Position numbers and translations under genes: made by a program. The notes beneath the pieces were generated by a model, which worked only from the letters and a program-made list of their open reading frames with translations, made no database searches and was not told where the DNA came from. A DNA stretch of 64,000 bases from NCBI GenBank assembly GCA_048938385.1, contig JBHLMG010000002.1:129596-193595 (forward strand), written 5' to 3'. Positions 55,076-64,000 of this stretch are shown one piece after another; the stretch's first letter is position 1; every line of letters begins with the position of its first letter. The DNA comes from Promethearchaeota archaeon (GTDB lineage Archaea > Asgardarchaeota > Hermodarchaeia > Hermodarchaeales > Hermodarchaeaceae).

Positions 55076-56107
55076 TTACTTATCGCTAGAATATGTAAGT
55101 TTGTGTTTCTTCTTTCGTCGTGCCTCCCATCCATGGCAGGCGACAAAACGCTTTTCGCCTACTTGATGGAGCACGGGCTCATCTTCGGAACATAGTTCGT
55201 CAAAATCTTGACATCGTGGGCGGAACCGGCAACCTGGTGGGAGATTTATCGGTGTTGGGGTTTCACCTGGTATATCAATACGTTTCCGGTCTTCAGTGGG
55301 ATCAGGAACTGGAACATTTGAGATAAGAGCCTGAGTATAGGGATGTATGGGGTCCTGTAGAACCGCTTCCATGGGACCCATTTCCATAATTCGACCCAAG
55401 TACAGAATGATGATATATTCACCAATGTATCGGGCTTGGGCGAGATCGTGGGTGATGAAGATGTAAGTTAAACCATATTCTTTTTGCAAATCGCTCATCA
55501 GGTTCATGATTTCCGTCCGGATGCTCGCATCCAACATGGAAACCGGTTCGTCAGCAATAACAAGCGTTGGATTGACAATAAGTGAGCGAGCAATCGCAAC
55601 ACGTTGGAGTTGACCTCCACTTAACTCATGGGGATAGCGTCGGGCAAAGTCTTCGGCAGGAATTAGTCTGACATCTTCTAATGCGCTGAGAACTCGATTT
55701 TCTCGTTCTTCTTCATTTGAACCAGGGTCTAGAATGGCAATAGGTTCGCTGATAATTTCCTTAATTGTATGTCGGGGATCAATGGCTTCAAAGGGATTCT
55801 GGAAAATTAACTGCATTTTTTGGCGGAGGGATCGGAGTTCTTCTGGAGTCATTGCAATAACATTTTCATTTTGAAACTTGATTGATCCTGCAGTGGGTTC
55901 AATCAGGCGGAGGATAGTCCGGGCAAGAGTGGTTTTTCCAGATCCGGATTCACCTGCAATGACTAAGGAATCTCCTGGAAAAACATCGAAGCTTACACTA
56001 TCAACCGCTCGCACATATTTTTGTTCACCTAAGAATGATAGGAAACCTTTGCGGACAGAGAAATACTTCTTCAGATCACGGATTTCCAGGATAGGTGCGC
56101 TACTCAA
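55076..56107 (-). CDS. Oligopeptide/dipeptide ABC transporter ATP-binding protein (OppF/DppF-type)
   Basis: GESGSGKTT, LSGGQLQR, and a C-terminal oligo_HPY-type tail with CRFRPRC. Confidence 0.9.
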   Translation of the reverse strand: MSSAPILEIRDLKKYFSVRKGFLSFLGEQKYVRAVDSVSFDVFPGDSLVIAGESGSGKTTLARTILRLIEPTAGSIKFQNENVIAMTPEELRSLRQKMQLIFQNPFEAIDPRHTIKEIISEPIAILDPGSNEEERENRVLSALEDVRLIPAEDFARRYPHELSGGQLQRVAIARSLIVNPTLVIADEPVSMLDASIRTEIMNLMSDLQKEYGLTYIFITHDLAQARYIGEYIIILYLGRIMEMGPMEAVLQDPIHPYTQALISNVPVPDPTEDRKRIDIPGETPTPINLPPGCRFRPRCQDFDELCSEDEPVLHQVGEKRFVACHGWEARRKKKHKLTYSSDK

Positions 56108-57084
56108 GTTGAGACCTCCTCAAAGTTTAGTTCACCAGCAAAATGGCAGGCTACGAAGTGACCTTTACCCAGATCACGGTACTCTGGGATTTCCTTGTTA
56201 CAGATTGCTTGTGCAAAAGGGCAACGGGGATGGAATCGACACCCCGAAGGGGGGTTCAAGAGGTTTGGTGGAGTTCCCGGAATGAACTCAAGGCGATGTT
56301 TCGGACCAGAAACGCTGGGGAAGGCACCAATAAGTTTGTATGTATACGGGTGTAATGTTTCTTTGAACACTTCTGTTGCGGTTCCCGTTTCCATGAGTAC
56401 CCCTGCGTACATGATACCGACCCGATCACTATTTTCAGCAACTACAGATAGGTCATGGGTAATCAAAAGCACGCCCAGTTTATACTTCTCTTGTAATTCT
56501 TGGAGAAGTTCGAGAATTTTGTTTTGAACGATGACATCAAGAGCTGTTACCGGCTCATCAGCGATGATGAGCTTGGGTTCTAACGCAAGGGCTTGAGCGA
56601 TTATTGCTCGTTGGCGCATCCCACCACTGAATTCGTGAGGATAATCATAGATTCGATTAGGTTCTAGGCCGACTTCTTCGAATAGGGCTTTCACTCGTTC
56701 TTCAGCTTTGGATTTAGCTATGTCTTCCTTATCGCGAATGACTTCAATAATTTGCTTTCCAATTTTAATAACCGGATTGAAGGCATTCATCGCGTATTGA
56801 AATACAATTGAAATATCTCGCCAGCGGATTCTTCGCATTTCTTTTTCAGTCTTCAGCACCAAATCCTCGCCATCAAGGAGGATTTGGCCACTCATGATTT
56901 GTCCATTCTCGGCAAGTAGCTTTAGGATACTATAAGCGACCGTTGTTTTACCACAACCGGATTCGCCTGCTAATCCAAAGGTCTGACCTTGTTCGATTTT
57001 GAAGGATACATCTTCAACGGCACTGACCTCTTCATCACCAAGGAAGTAGTGGGTTATTAGATTCTTGACTTCAAGCATTGCCAT
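56104..57084 (-). CDS. Oligopeptide/dipeptide ABC transporter ATP-binding protein (OppD/DppD-type)
   Basis: GESGCGKTT, FSGGMRQR, HPYT...GCRFHPRCP. 4-nt overlap with the next gene. Confidence 0.9.
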   Translation of the reverse strand: MAMLEVKNLITHYFLGDEEVSAVEDVSFKIEQGQTFGLAGESGCGKTTVAYSILKLLAENGQIMSGQILLDGEDLVLKTEKEMRRIRWRDISIVFQYAMNAFNPVIKIGKQIIEVIRDKEDIAKSKAEERVKALFEEVGLEPNRIYDYPHEFSGGMRQRAIIAQALALEPKLIIADEPVTALDVIVQNKILELLQELQEKYKLGVLLITHDLSVVAENSDRVGIMYAGVLMETGTATEVFKETLHPYTYKLIGAFPSVSGPKHRLEFIPGTPPNLLNPPSGCRFHPRCPFAQAICNKEIPEYRDLGKGHFVACHFAGELNFEEVST

Positions 57085-57085
57085 T

Positions 57086-58648
57086 TTACTTGCGCCTCCT
57101 TCGTAAGCGTGGATTTACGACTTTATCCGCTGCATGGCTTGCGAAGGCAAAACCTAAAGCTGTTAGGAGAATGCACACCCCGGGGGGAACGAACCACCAC
57201 CAGGCACCATTGATTAAGGCGCCTTGTGTTGAGGCAAAGTGAAGGACAATTCCCCAACTAGGTATTCCAAAAATATCACCGAAACCTAAGAATGTAATGC
57301 CAGCTTCCGATAAGATCGCGTTCACGACACCGAGAATCATATTTGCGAGCACCAAGGGGAGCACATTTGGTAATACATGTCGAGAAATAATCCAAATATC
57401 GGAGGCACCTATAGCGTGAGCCGCTTCTGTTAAGGGTCGTTCGCGTAACGATAAGGTTTCGCTTCGCACCATCCGTGCTGTTCCTGTCCACCCTAGGATG
57501 GCTATCACGATGATAATGTTCCAAAGGCCTTGTCCAAGGAAAACTAGGAAAATAAGCATTAATGGTAAAGTGGGAAGTGAAAGAAATACATCCGTTACCC
57601 GCATCAGGATAACATCAATGGCTCCACCAAAATATCCCGCTATAAGCCCCACGGAAGTACCTATTCCTACAGCGATCAAACTTGCAGAGAAACCAACAAG
57701 AAGGGAGATTCGGGCTCCATAAAGGAGCCGGCTGTAAATGTCTTGACCGAATTGGTTGGTCCCGAGAAGGTGAAGGGGACTTGGAGGAAGTAAGTAGGTC
57801 GAAATATCAGGAATCGAGAACCCCCATGTATATGGGGCTAGGATATCTGCTAGAAGTCCTATGAAGACAAACGCTCCAATAATGACGACGCCAACAATGC
57901 CCATCCAATCCCGTGAATACTCCATCCAAAAGGTTTGAATCCGGCTTCGGGCGTTGTAAAATAGTCTCCAAAACCGCGGAATCACCACAAATAAGGGGAT
58001 TACGACTACGAGGCTAATTAGTCCGATAAATCCGAGTCCCAAAGGTAAGAGAAATCCAATCATTGGACTAAGAGCAACTGGTCGAAGTAACACCGCTCCA
58101 ATAATCCCTGAGCCGAGTACGATCTCAACACCCATCCAGACTAGAATAGCACCAATTACGCCAAATCGATAAAGCTTCTGTAACGAAGGTGACCAATGTG
58201 TGCTGAATCGTGGTTTCCAAAGGAAGAGAACGAAGAAATACAAGAGAGCTCCTCCAATGCTGACGCCAAAGAAGATTATCAATCCTATGCTAATCAAAAG
58301 GAACCATGTAAGAAATCGTGCATATTTCCGTTGAAACAAGGGAAATCCAAGGAGTACCATCCATTGGGAAAATATCATCGCTGCAAAACCAATTCCAACG
58401 GCAGCGATTGAAATGATGATACCGGTATAGTAATCGACAAACAGGAGGGAATATCCAAACCAGTTCCCTAACACAGTGACTCCAATGTACAACCCAACGA
58501 TTGTTAATACAACAATCATGATGAGTAAGATGTAGAAGACAAAGGTTGCATGTCGGGGAATCTTTTCCATTCGGGTTAGGCCAGTTAAGTCAGAATCAGC
58601 TGGAGTGGTTTCATGTTCTTCTGTCAGCGGGCGCTCTACGGGTCTCAT
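57086..58648 (-). CDS. Opp/Dpp permease (OppC-type) with a ~250-aa N-terminal polytopic extension
   Basis: The C-terminal ~270 aa form a canonical BPD_transp_1 permease (LLGTNQFGQDIYSRLLYGARISL...). The N-terminal half adds about 6 extra hydrophobic helices. Confidence 0.85.
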   Translation of the reverse strand: MRPVERPLTEEHETTPADSDLTGLTRMEKIPRHATFVFYILLIMIVVLTIVGLYIGVTVLGNWFGYSLLFVDYYTGIIISIAAVGIGFAAMIFSQWMVLLGFPLFQRKYARFLTWFLLISIGLIIFFGVSIGGALLYFFVLFLWKPRFSTHWSPSLQKLYRFGVIGAILVWMGVEIVLGSGIIGAVLLRPVALSPMIGFLLPLGLGFIGLISLVVVIPLFVVIPRFWRLFYNARSRIQTFWMEYSRDWMGIVGVVIIGAFVFIGLLADILAPYTWGFSIPDISTYLLPPSPLHLLGTNQFGQDIYSRLLYGARISLLVGFSASLIAVGIGTSVGLIAGYFGGAIDVILMRVTDVFLSLPTLPLMLIFLVFLGQGLWNIIIVIAILGWTGTARMVRSETLSLRERPLTEAAHAIGASDIWIISRHVLPNVLPLVLANMILGVVNAILSEAGITFLGFGDIFGIPSWGIVLHFASTQGALINGAWWWFVPPGVCILLTALGFAFASHAADKVVNPRLRRRRK

Positions 58649-58664
58649 AGTTTCATTTCTCCTT

Positions 58665-59729
58665 CTAATATCTAATTCGAGGGTCTAGGTAAAGGTATAT
58701 GAGATCTGCAATGAAGTTCGAAATTATGGCTACGGTTGCAAGGAGTAAGAAGATGGCTTGCAAAACTGGCCAATCGTTGGTTATCACGGCGTTGAGAATT
58801 TTTGTTCCCAGTCCGTTCCAAGTAAAGATGTACTCAGTAATTGATGCCCCGCTAATTAAGTAAGGCATGCTTACGGCAATGACGCTGACCATAGGTAGCA
58901 TGGCATTTCGCATGGCATGACTAAATAGAACCTTTCGGGTTTCTAGACCTTTGGCTCTGGCTGCCAACATGTAGTCCTGTGTAAAGACATCTAATACCGA
59001 GTCACGCATAATTAGAAAGAACATTCCTATGAACGAGACCGTGAGTACAATCGTGGGTCCTGTCATGTGCCAGAGATAATCCTGAAGGAAATGGAAGTAA
59101 TTCGCATGCACTAATCCTGGTGTTGTTGTGTCGGCTAAAGGAATCAGGTTGTATACGAATCCAAGATAATAGAGAATCAGTAACCCTAACCAGAAGACTG
59201 GGAAACTGTAGGTCACTAGAAATCCTACAGTTGATGAGACATCAAATATGGAATTGCGCTTCCAAGCTGCTATAACCCCAAAAAGAATTCCAATAATGAT
59301 GGCAATGAGCATAGAGGTACCCATTAGCGCAATCGTGTTCATGAGAGGAGATGGGTGTTGAAATCCAATTACCACGGGTATGCCGAAGATGTACGCAATA
59401 TTCGGGCGTCCAAATATTACATCGGAAACGGTTTGACCAAAATTTGAGAATGACTGTCCCAATTCTCCAATGAAGACATTGCGTAAATAGACAATATATT
59501 GAGTCATTAACGGTTGATCCAAACCGAATCGCGCCACAATAGCTTGAATCAGTTCTGGTGGCATGTTCTCGTTGATCAACGAGGCACGAGGATCACCCGG
59601 CATAATACGGAAAATAAAAAAGTTCAGACTGATGGTCAGGAACCAAACGATTAAGGTTTGGACGATGCGTGAAGCAATATAGCGTTTGATTCCAATTCCT
59701 TCTTCTGTCGGCATCTTGCTCCATCTCAC
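58665..59729 (-). CDS. Opp/Dpp permease (OppB-type)
   Basis: RIVQTLIVWFLTISLNFFIFRIMPGDP at the N-terminus and the ARAKGL EAA-loop region. Confidence 0.85.
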   Translation of the reverse strand: MRWSKMPTEEGIGIKRYIASRIVQTLIVWFLTISLNFFIFRIMPGDPRASLINENMPPELIQAIVARFGLDQPLMTQYIVYLRNVFIGELGQSFSNFGQTVSDVIFGRPNIAYIFGIPVVIGFQHPSPLMNTIALMGTSMLIAIIIGILFGVIAAWKRNSIFDVSSTVGFLVTYSFPVFWLGLLILYYLGFVYNLIPLADTTTPGLVHANYFHFLQDYLWHMTGPTIVLTVSFIGMFFLIMRDSVLDVFTQDYMLAARAKGLETRKVLFSHAMRNAMLPMVSVIAVSMPYLISGASITEYIFTWNGLGTKILNAVITNDWPVLQAIFLLLATVAIISNFIADLIYLYLDPRIRY

Positions 59730-59828
59730 TTAAGAAGTGAATATCACCCTTTTTCTGTCTTTTAGAGTTAAAGCATATCGGTACTAGTAACTAGAAGAAA
59801 AAAAGAAGGGATGGGAAGTGATGGGTAA

Positions 59829-61607
59829 TCACTTCCGCATTCGCATGATGAGGTAGACGACTACCATCCCAACAACGAGGGCGACTATACCCGCAATACC
59901 GATGAGGAGTAAGTTTGGTGGTGGCGCTGGCACTGTGACTCCAGGGAATTCACGGATGCCATCAAGGTCCACATCGAGGTAACCAGCTGCATCGAGCATT
60001 GCGTTGGCTGCTGCAACATCTTCAACCCAAGCTCCTGCTGAATCGTACAGGCTCGGGTAAAATGAGTAAGGAATCGCGCTGTTGGTGACGGTTCCGAATC
60101 CGAGTCGACCAATGTCAACGAGTTGTTGTCGGTTTACAGCTAAAGCCATTGCCTTTCGGACAGTAATATCTTCAAGGCCGTAGCCTGCATAGCCACTAAC
60201 GGTCCAGTTCGTAGCAAATCCGAGCACATAGTCCCATTGGGATGGAAGCCCAGTTACTAGGTCGAGTTCGGGGGCGTTGAGGATAGTGCTTACATACGCA
60301 CCAAAGACTTCGTAGCGTTCGCTGTCTGCCGTACCCTGACGCATTGCAAGAATACGTGCATCCTGTGAATCTATCACTCGAATCATGACGGATTCCATGC
60401 TGGGTAGTTGTGGGCCCCACCAGTTCGGGTTACGAGTAACAATTGTATTGGAGTCGGGCACTCGGGAAGTGTAGATGAAGGGACCAGAACCCATTTGGGC
60501 TGTCACATTCGTGTGGTCTTCCCAACGAGCATCAAGCCAATCGATTCCACCGCGCACATGTTCTGGCAGGATATAGGCATCACCAATCATTTGTACAGCA
60601 AAGGCCTGTGGCTCATCAAGGTTAATGACTAGCGTATTGCCATCAATATCAGTACTAGCAACATGTTGGAAGAAAGGCCAAAGAGTCGAATCTACGGGTG
60701 CATCCTTGTAGTAGTGGATAGTGAAGTTCGCGTCGTTCACGGTGACAGGTGTGAGATCATGCCAGACAGCACCTGACCGAATTGTGAAATTCAGTTGCAT
60801 ACCATCAGCTGCAAGGCTAAAGCTTTCAGCCATCCATGGAATGGGATCCATGTTGATATCATAGCTTATGAAAGGATCATACACCAGGAGGTCATACCAG
60901 TGGGATCGCTCACTGCGGTAGAACAATGGGTTTAGTTCTCCGACATCTGATGGGTAAGCCATGATGAATCGGGTTTCTCCGCCTCGCTCAGCCACATCTG
61001 GGAGATTGGTTTCGTTATACATGTAGATCATGGTCTGAGGATTGAAGGAGGTGAAGACACCACCAGGTTTCATGGTGTAGTTCACCCAATTATTGCGAAT
61101 TGCATGGGTATCGTCGGATAAGAACAATGGGATGTAAGGAACATTGTCCTTTACGATTTGTTGTACTTGGGCTGCTAGACCTGGAAGTGTGGCAGGTGTT
61201 GCACCCATGAAGTTATCAAGAATGGTGTCGACTGTGGCGTTGTTTAGACAATAGCCGTTGCTTCCCCAATCGACGATATTATCTGAGTGCATACGCCACC
61301 AGACATGGTCCGGTACAGGTCCAAAGCCGTGGCTCATTTCGTAGATTTGGAAGGTTCGTGGAATCTCGTAGATTCCCTCATACATTGGATCATCGTCTTT
61401 AATCACTACATCGAAGCGGACGCCAATTTGATTCATCTGAAGAAACAGGCCTTGTCCTGTGGCAACGCTAATGTCGTCCCATGACAGGACCCATAAGGGA
61501 TAGCGTAGTTCAGGTGTAGCGTTATACTGTGCAGAGATTGGAACACCAGAGACAAAGAGACAGAAGAAAACAGCGACAAATCCTAGTGCGATTATTTTCT
61601 TATTCAA
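59829..61607 (-). CDS. ABC transporter substrate-binding protein (family 5, OppA/DppA-like) with signal peptide and C-terminal TM anchor
   Basis: 592 aa with an N-terminal hydrophobic leader and a C-terminal LLLIGIAGIVALVVGMVVVYLIMRMRK anchor, which is the archaeal style. Confidence 0.85.
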   Translation of the reverse strand: MNKKIIALGFVAVFFCLFVSGVPISAQYNATPELRYPLWVLSWDDISVATGQGLFLQMNQIGVRFDVVIKDDDPMYEGIYEIPRTFQIYEMSHGFGPVPDHVWWRMHSDNIVDWGSNGYCLNNATVDTILDNFMGATPATLPGLAAQVQQIVKDNVPYIPLFLSDDTHAIRNNWVNYTMKPGGVFTSFNPQTMIYMYNETNLPDVAERGGETRFIMAYPSDVGELNPLFYRSERSHWYDLLVYDPFISYDINMDPIPWMAESFSLAADGMQLNFTIRSGAVWHDLTPVTVNDANFTIHYYKDAPVDSTLWPFFQHVASTDIDGNTLVINLDEPQAFAVQMIGDAYILPEHVRGGIDWLDARWEDHTNVTAQMGSGPFIYTSRVPDSNTIVTRNPNWWGPQLPSMESVMIRVIDSQDARILAMRQGTADSERYEVFGAYVSTILNAPELDLVTGLPSQWDYVLGFATNWTVSGYAGYGLEDITVRKAMALAVNRQQLVDIGRLGFGTVTNSAIPYSFYPSLYDSAGAWVEDVAAANAMLDAAGYLDVDLDGIREFPGVTVPAPPPNLLLIGIAGIVALVVGMVVVYLIMRMRK

Positions 61608-61720
61608 TTCCTAATTTCCTCCGAGATTGGGAGAAGGAAAACCTCCCAATACCTTCTATCTGGGAAGCTCGTTAGCTAAAAGAGTTACCAAACGGGTCTC
61701 GAATCCCTTTTCTACTCAAT

Positions 61721-62521
61721 TCACAGGCACATTTCATACCGGATATTTAAAGCTAAGAGTCGGGTTAACGCTCGTCCATTCTTGTGGGCAGCCATGAGGT
61801 TTTGGGCTCCCGCAGTTTCTAATGCGATAAAGCGTGTCGATTGATCATCCAAGTGGGTGTATTCAGCGACTAAAGTTCCAACACCAACTCGGTCTTCTAG
61901 GATTCCTCGTTGAATGGAATAGTGCTCGGGACAATTTAACACCAGGGATAGGGCTCGGAGCATGGCTTGATGGTCTTTCCGATCGTCGATTAGCTCACGC
62001 TCACGGTTTCTTCGGGCTGGTGTGCGGGGAACAAAGGCTCCAAAGGCGGTGAGAATACTGGATTGGGTTTCACGAAGTTCGGGAGTAAGGCTCGTGACCA
62101 TCATTTTTGCGATCTTCCAGTCTTCGATTACTTCTGAAATGAACTGATTAAACGAAGCCCCTTCTTCATTGTCTGACCAGGCCTCTGTTCCTTCTGTCGT
62201 CAGCGATTCAGGTTGGAGCTTTATGTAGTTTGGACGCCATAACAATAATCGTTCAACCGGTTCTGTTGATGCCTTCATGCATCGCTCATCGAAATACGAA
62301 TAACAGGGTTTCGTGGTGACACCTTGATCGTTGACGCATTCCCATCGTATACGACGAAACGGTCGCCACTTCATGGAAGAGATCCTTAAGGTTTCAAGAG
62401 CTCGAGGGCGTAAGACGCCTTTTGAACGAATGCGCTTTGAAAAGAACTTCGTTAGGTGGGTTTGGGATACATCAAGCCCTGGAAAAATTTTCAAAACTTC
62501 TCGCGCTCCTGTCTTTCTCAA
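61721..62521 (-). CDS. Hypothetical protein (266 aa as drawn; start uncertain, TTG)
   Basis: Coding-like composition, same strand, 69 nt downstream of the toroid-repeat gene. I recognise no motif. Confidence 0.5.
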   Translation of the reverse strand: MRKTGAREVLKIFPGLDVSQTHLTKFFSKRIRSKGVLRPRALETLRISSMKWRPFRRIRWECVNDQGVTTKPCYSYFDERCMKASTEPVERLLLWRPNYIKLQPESLTTEGTEAWSDNEEGASFNQFISEVIEDWKIAKMMVTSLTPELRETQSSILTAFGAFVPRTPARRNRERELIDDRKDHQAMLRALSLVLNCPEHYSIQRGILEDRVGVGTLVAEYTHLDDQSTRFIALETAGAQNLMAAHKNGRALTRLLALNIRYEMCL

Positions 62522-62590
62522 ACTGATGTGGTGAGATTGACCATATTATCCTTTGCTCAACTGCCTAGATTTGAAGAAGATAGAGTAGTG

Positions 62591-63640
62591 TTAAAATCGG
62601 GGAGGTTTTTTTGGATATGGTTGAAAGGGAGTGCGTGGCTCCATGCTGAACCAATCGGTTTTTTCATCCAAGCGTGATAAGGATCGGAGAATGTCAAAAG
62701 TTATCCAACGAGATGCTTCAGGGTGTGGTTGGTACTCCCAAAGCCCATGAGGCCCTTGAAGTTCTTTCACAAAAGCGAGGTTTTCCGCAATACGGGGATC
62801 TTCGAGGCTAGCCCCGATACGCCAAGATAAATCTAGCATTTGAGCTACATCGTATCGTTGAAAATAGGTGAATCCTCCTCGGAGTGGTTCTACACCAACG
62901 ATGCGCGCGACTTCAAAGCCTAGCGTGTGGGGTTGTCGTTGTTCCTGGACAAGGAGTTTGTCCAAACCTTTACGAGCAGGCTCGCTGCGTCGACGAATCG
63001 GATGAAGGGCTAAGGCATACACTGCTGCTGTAGTATTGGTACGACACCCAAACTTCGAATGGGGAAGACGACGATATCCTGCAGCAAAGATGAGTTTCTT
63101 ACGGTGCCTACCAGACGGCCATCCACCCTCGGGTAACTCTTCTTTTATCAGCCATTCGTAAGCGGCTTCTGCACGGGAGTCTGTAGCAAAACCAGCCCAA
63201 GCAAGCCCCAGTAATGGAAGAGCGGTCTGAACTGGCATTACATGGTATTTCACATCATCCAACCGTCCGACCCCATCTAACACCATACCCTGTGTGACCA
63301 AGGGAAAAGCGCCATTGGATTGCTGATGAGAAAAAAGAAAGTTAGCTCCCCGAATTACAGCAGGGTGGTCCGGGCCCAGTCCGAGATAACCTAAACCCAT
63401 TAACGCTTGAGCTGTTGTTCGAAGACGACCTAAGATAGCCCCTCCTCCTTCTCCACTTCTAAATGACCCGTCTTCTTCTTGCAGGGCAAGAAACTTCTTA
63501 ATCAGAGGATCCGTATGCTGGAGGGCTTTAAGTTCCTGCACTTCCTGATCAGTTTCAGGTCGTTTCAATAAGTCACGCAATACAAGTAACCGTAAACTTG
63601 GCGATGGGTCAGCTAAGAGCAAAGGGGTCCAGAGGGTCAT
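62591..63640 (-). CDS. Prenyltransferase/squalene-oxidase-repeat (alpha/alpha-toroid) protein
   Basis: Repeated Q..DG.F/W units: [29 protein letters not shown]. Confidence 0.7.
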   Translation of the reverse strand: MTLWTPLLLADPSPSLRLLVLRDLLKRPETDQEVQELKALQHTDPLIKKFLALQEEDGSFRSGEGGGAILGRLRTTAQALMGLGYLGLGPDHPAVIRGANFLFSHQQSNGAFPLVTQGMVLDGVGRLDDVKYHVMPVQTALPLLGLAWAGFATDSRAEAAYEWLIKEELPEGGWPSGRHRKKLIFAAGYRRLPHSKFGCRTNTTAAVYALALHPIRRRSEPARKGLDKLLVQEQRQPHTLGFEVARIVGVEPLRGGFTYFQRYDVAQMLDLSWRIGASLEDPRIAENLAFVKELQGPHGLWEYQPHPEASRWITFDILRSLSRLDEKTDWFSMEPRTPFQPYPKKPPRF

Positions 63641-64000
63641 GTGGTCACCCCCACTATTTCACGAAGGTAGGGTGCTGTCGGTGTATCCTGCGTAGCGACT
63701 TCTTCAGGTGGACCTGTACTGATGACTTTACCTCCTTCAGGTCCACCTACTGGTCCTAACTCTATGAGCCAATCACAAGCTGCTAGTAGATAGGGATGAT
63801 GCTCAACAATAATGACAGTATTTCCATTATCAACCAGGAGGTGCAGGACATGAATGAGCTGGGCTACATCTTCCATGTGAAGTCCTACAGTGGGCTCATC
63901 GAGAATGTATAATGTGTGTTGGCTGGATTTTTTCCGTAGCTCTTTTGCTATCTTGATCCGTTGAGCTTCTCCGCCTGATAGCGTATAGGCTGGTTGGTTC
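63637..64000 (-). CDS. uvrA: Excinuclease ABC subunit A (UvrA) C-terminal end; 5' part lies outside the window
   Basis: The reverse translation reads ...[44 protein letters not shown]...[10 protein letters not shown]...[23 protein letters not shown]. The stop overlaps the next start (ATGA). Confidence 0.85.
   Translation of the reverse strand, partial: NQPAYTLSGGEAQRIKIAKELRKKSSQHTLYILDEPTVGLHMEDVAQLIHVLHLLVDNGNTVIIVEHHPYLLAACDWLIELGPVGGPEGGKVISTGPPEEVATQDTPTAPYLREIVGVTT

Overview
The window is a densely coded chromosomal segment, moderately AT-rich by eye, and most likely archaeal. Archaeal markers are a four-gene sulfhydrogenase-type [NiFe] hydrogenase operon, a DUF99/UPF0215 protein, TrmB- and Lrp/AsnC-type regulators, the CdhE/CFeSP large subunit, dodecin, and an Opp substrate-binding protein with a C-terminal TM anchor. 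Several eukaryote-like domain architectures are also present: cross-brace Zn fingers, an FG-GAP propeller receptor, a dual-specificity phosphatase, and HEAT repeats. Together these would fit an Asgard-type lineage, but that is inference only.

Core metabolism:
- hydBGDA-like hydrogenase operon (1-3747)
- glutamate dehydrogenase, an FMN glutamate-synthase-like protein, and dodecin
- NadE, Maf, RidA, a nitronate monooxygenase-like protein, and a PfkB kinase
- a split PEP-utilising enzyme
- an orphan cdhE
- a YcaQ/AlkZ-like glycosylase paired with a kinase
- a peptide-utilisation island (52-61.6 kb): OppABCDF plus two M20 peptidases, with a third M20 at 6-7.4 kb
- a 3' fragment of uvrA

I found no rRNA, tRNA, CRISPR array, transposase or integrase.

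The most unusual content:
- a membrane-anchored protein with two identically spaced C4H2C2 PHD/RING-variant-like fingers
- an island (21.8-27.5 kb) in which a 7-TM family and a ~470-aa double HTH (Lrp-like) family are each duplicated side by side
- tandem paralogs with an internally duplicated helical domain and Pro-rich linkers
- a TrmB-like regulator carrying a ~380-aa coiled-coil insert, divergent from the hydrogenase operon
- an uncharacterised three-gene operon ending in a CX5R phosphatase
- a rearrangement scar with two sets of direct repeats around a bacterial-type DUF4256 gene, immediately after a 9xPAS protein that has no output domain
- a Met/Gly-rich insert in an ABC ATPase
- a uvrA gene translationally coupled to an alpha/alpha-toroid repeat protein

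All functional calls come from motif and architecture recognition by eye. No database search was run.
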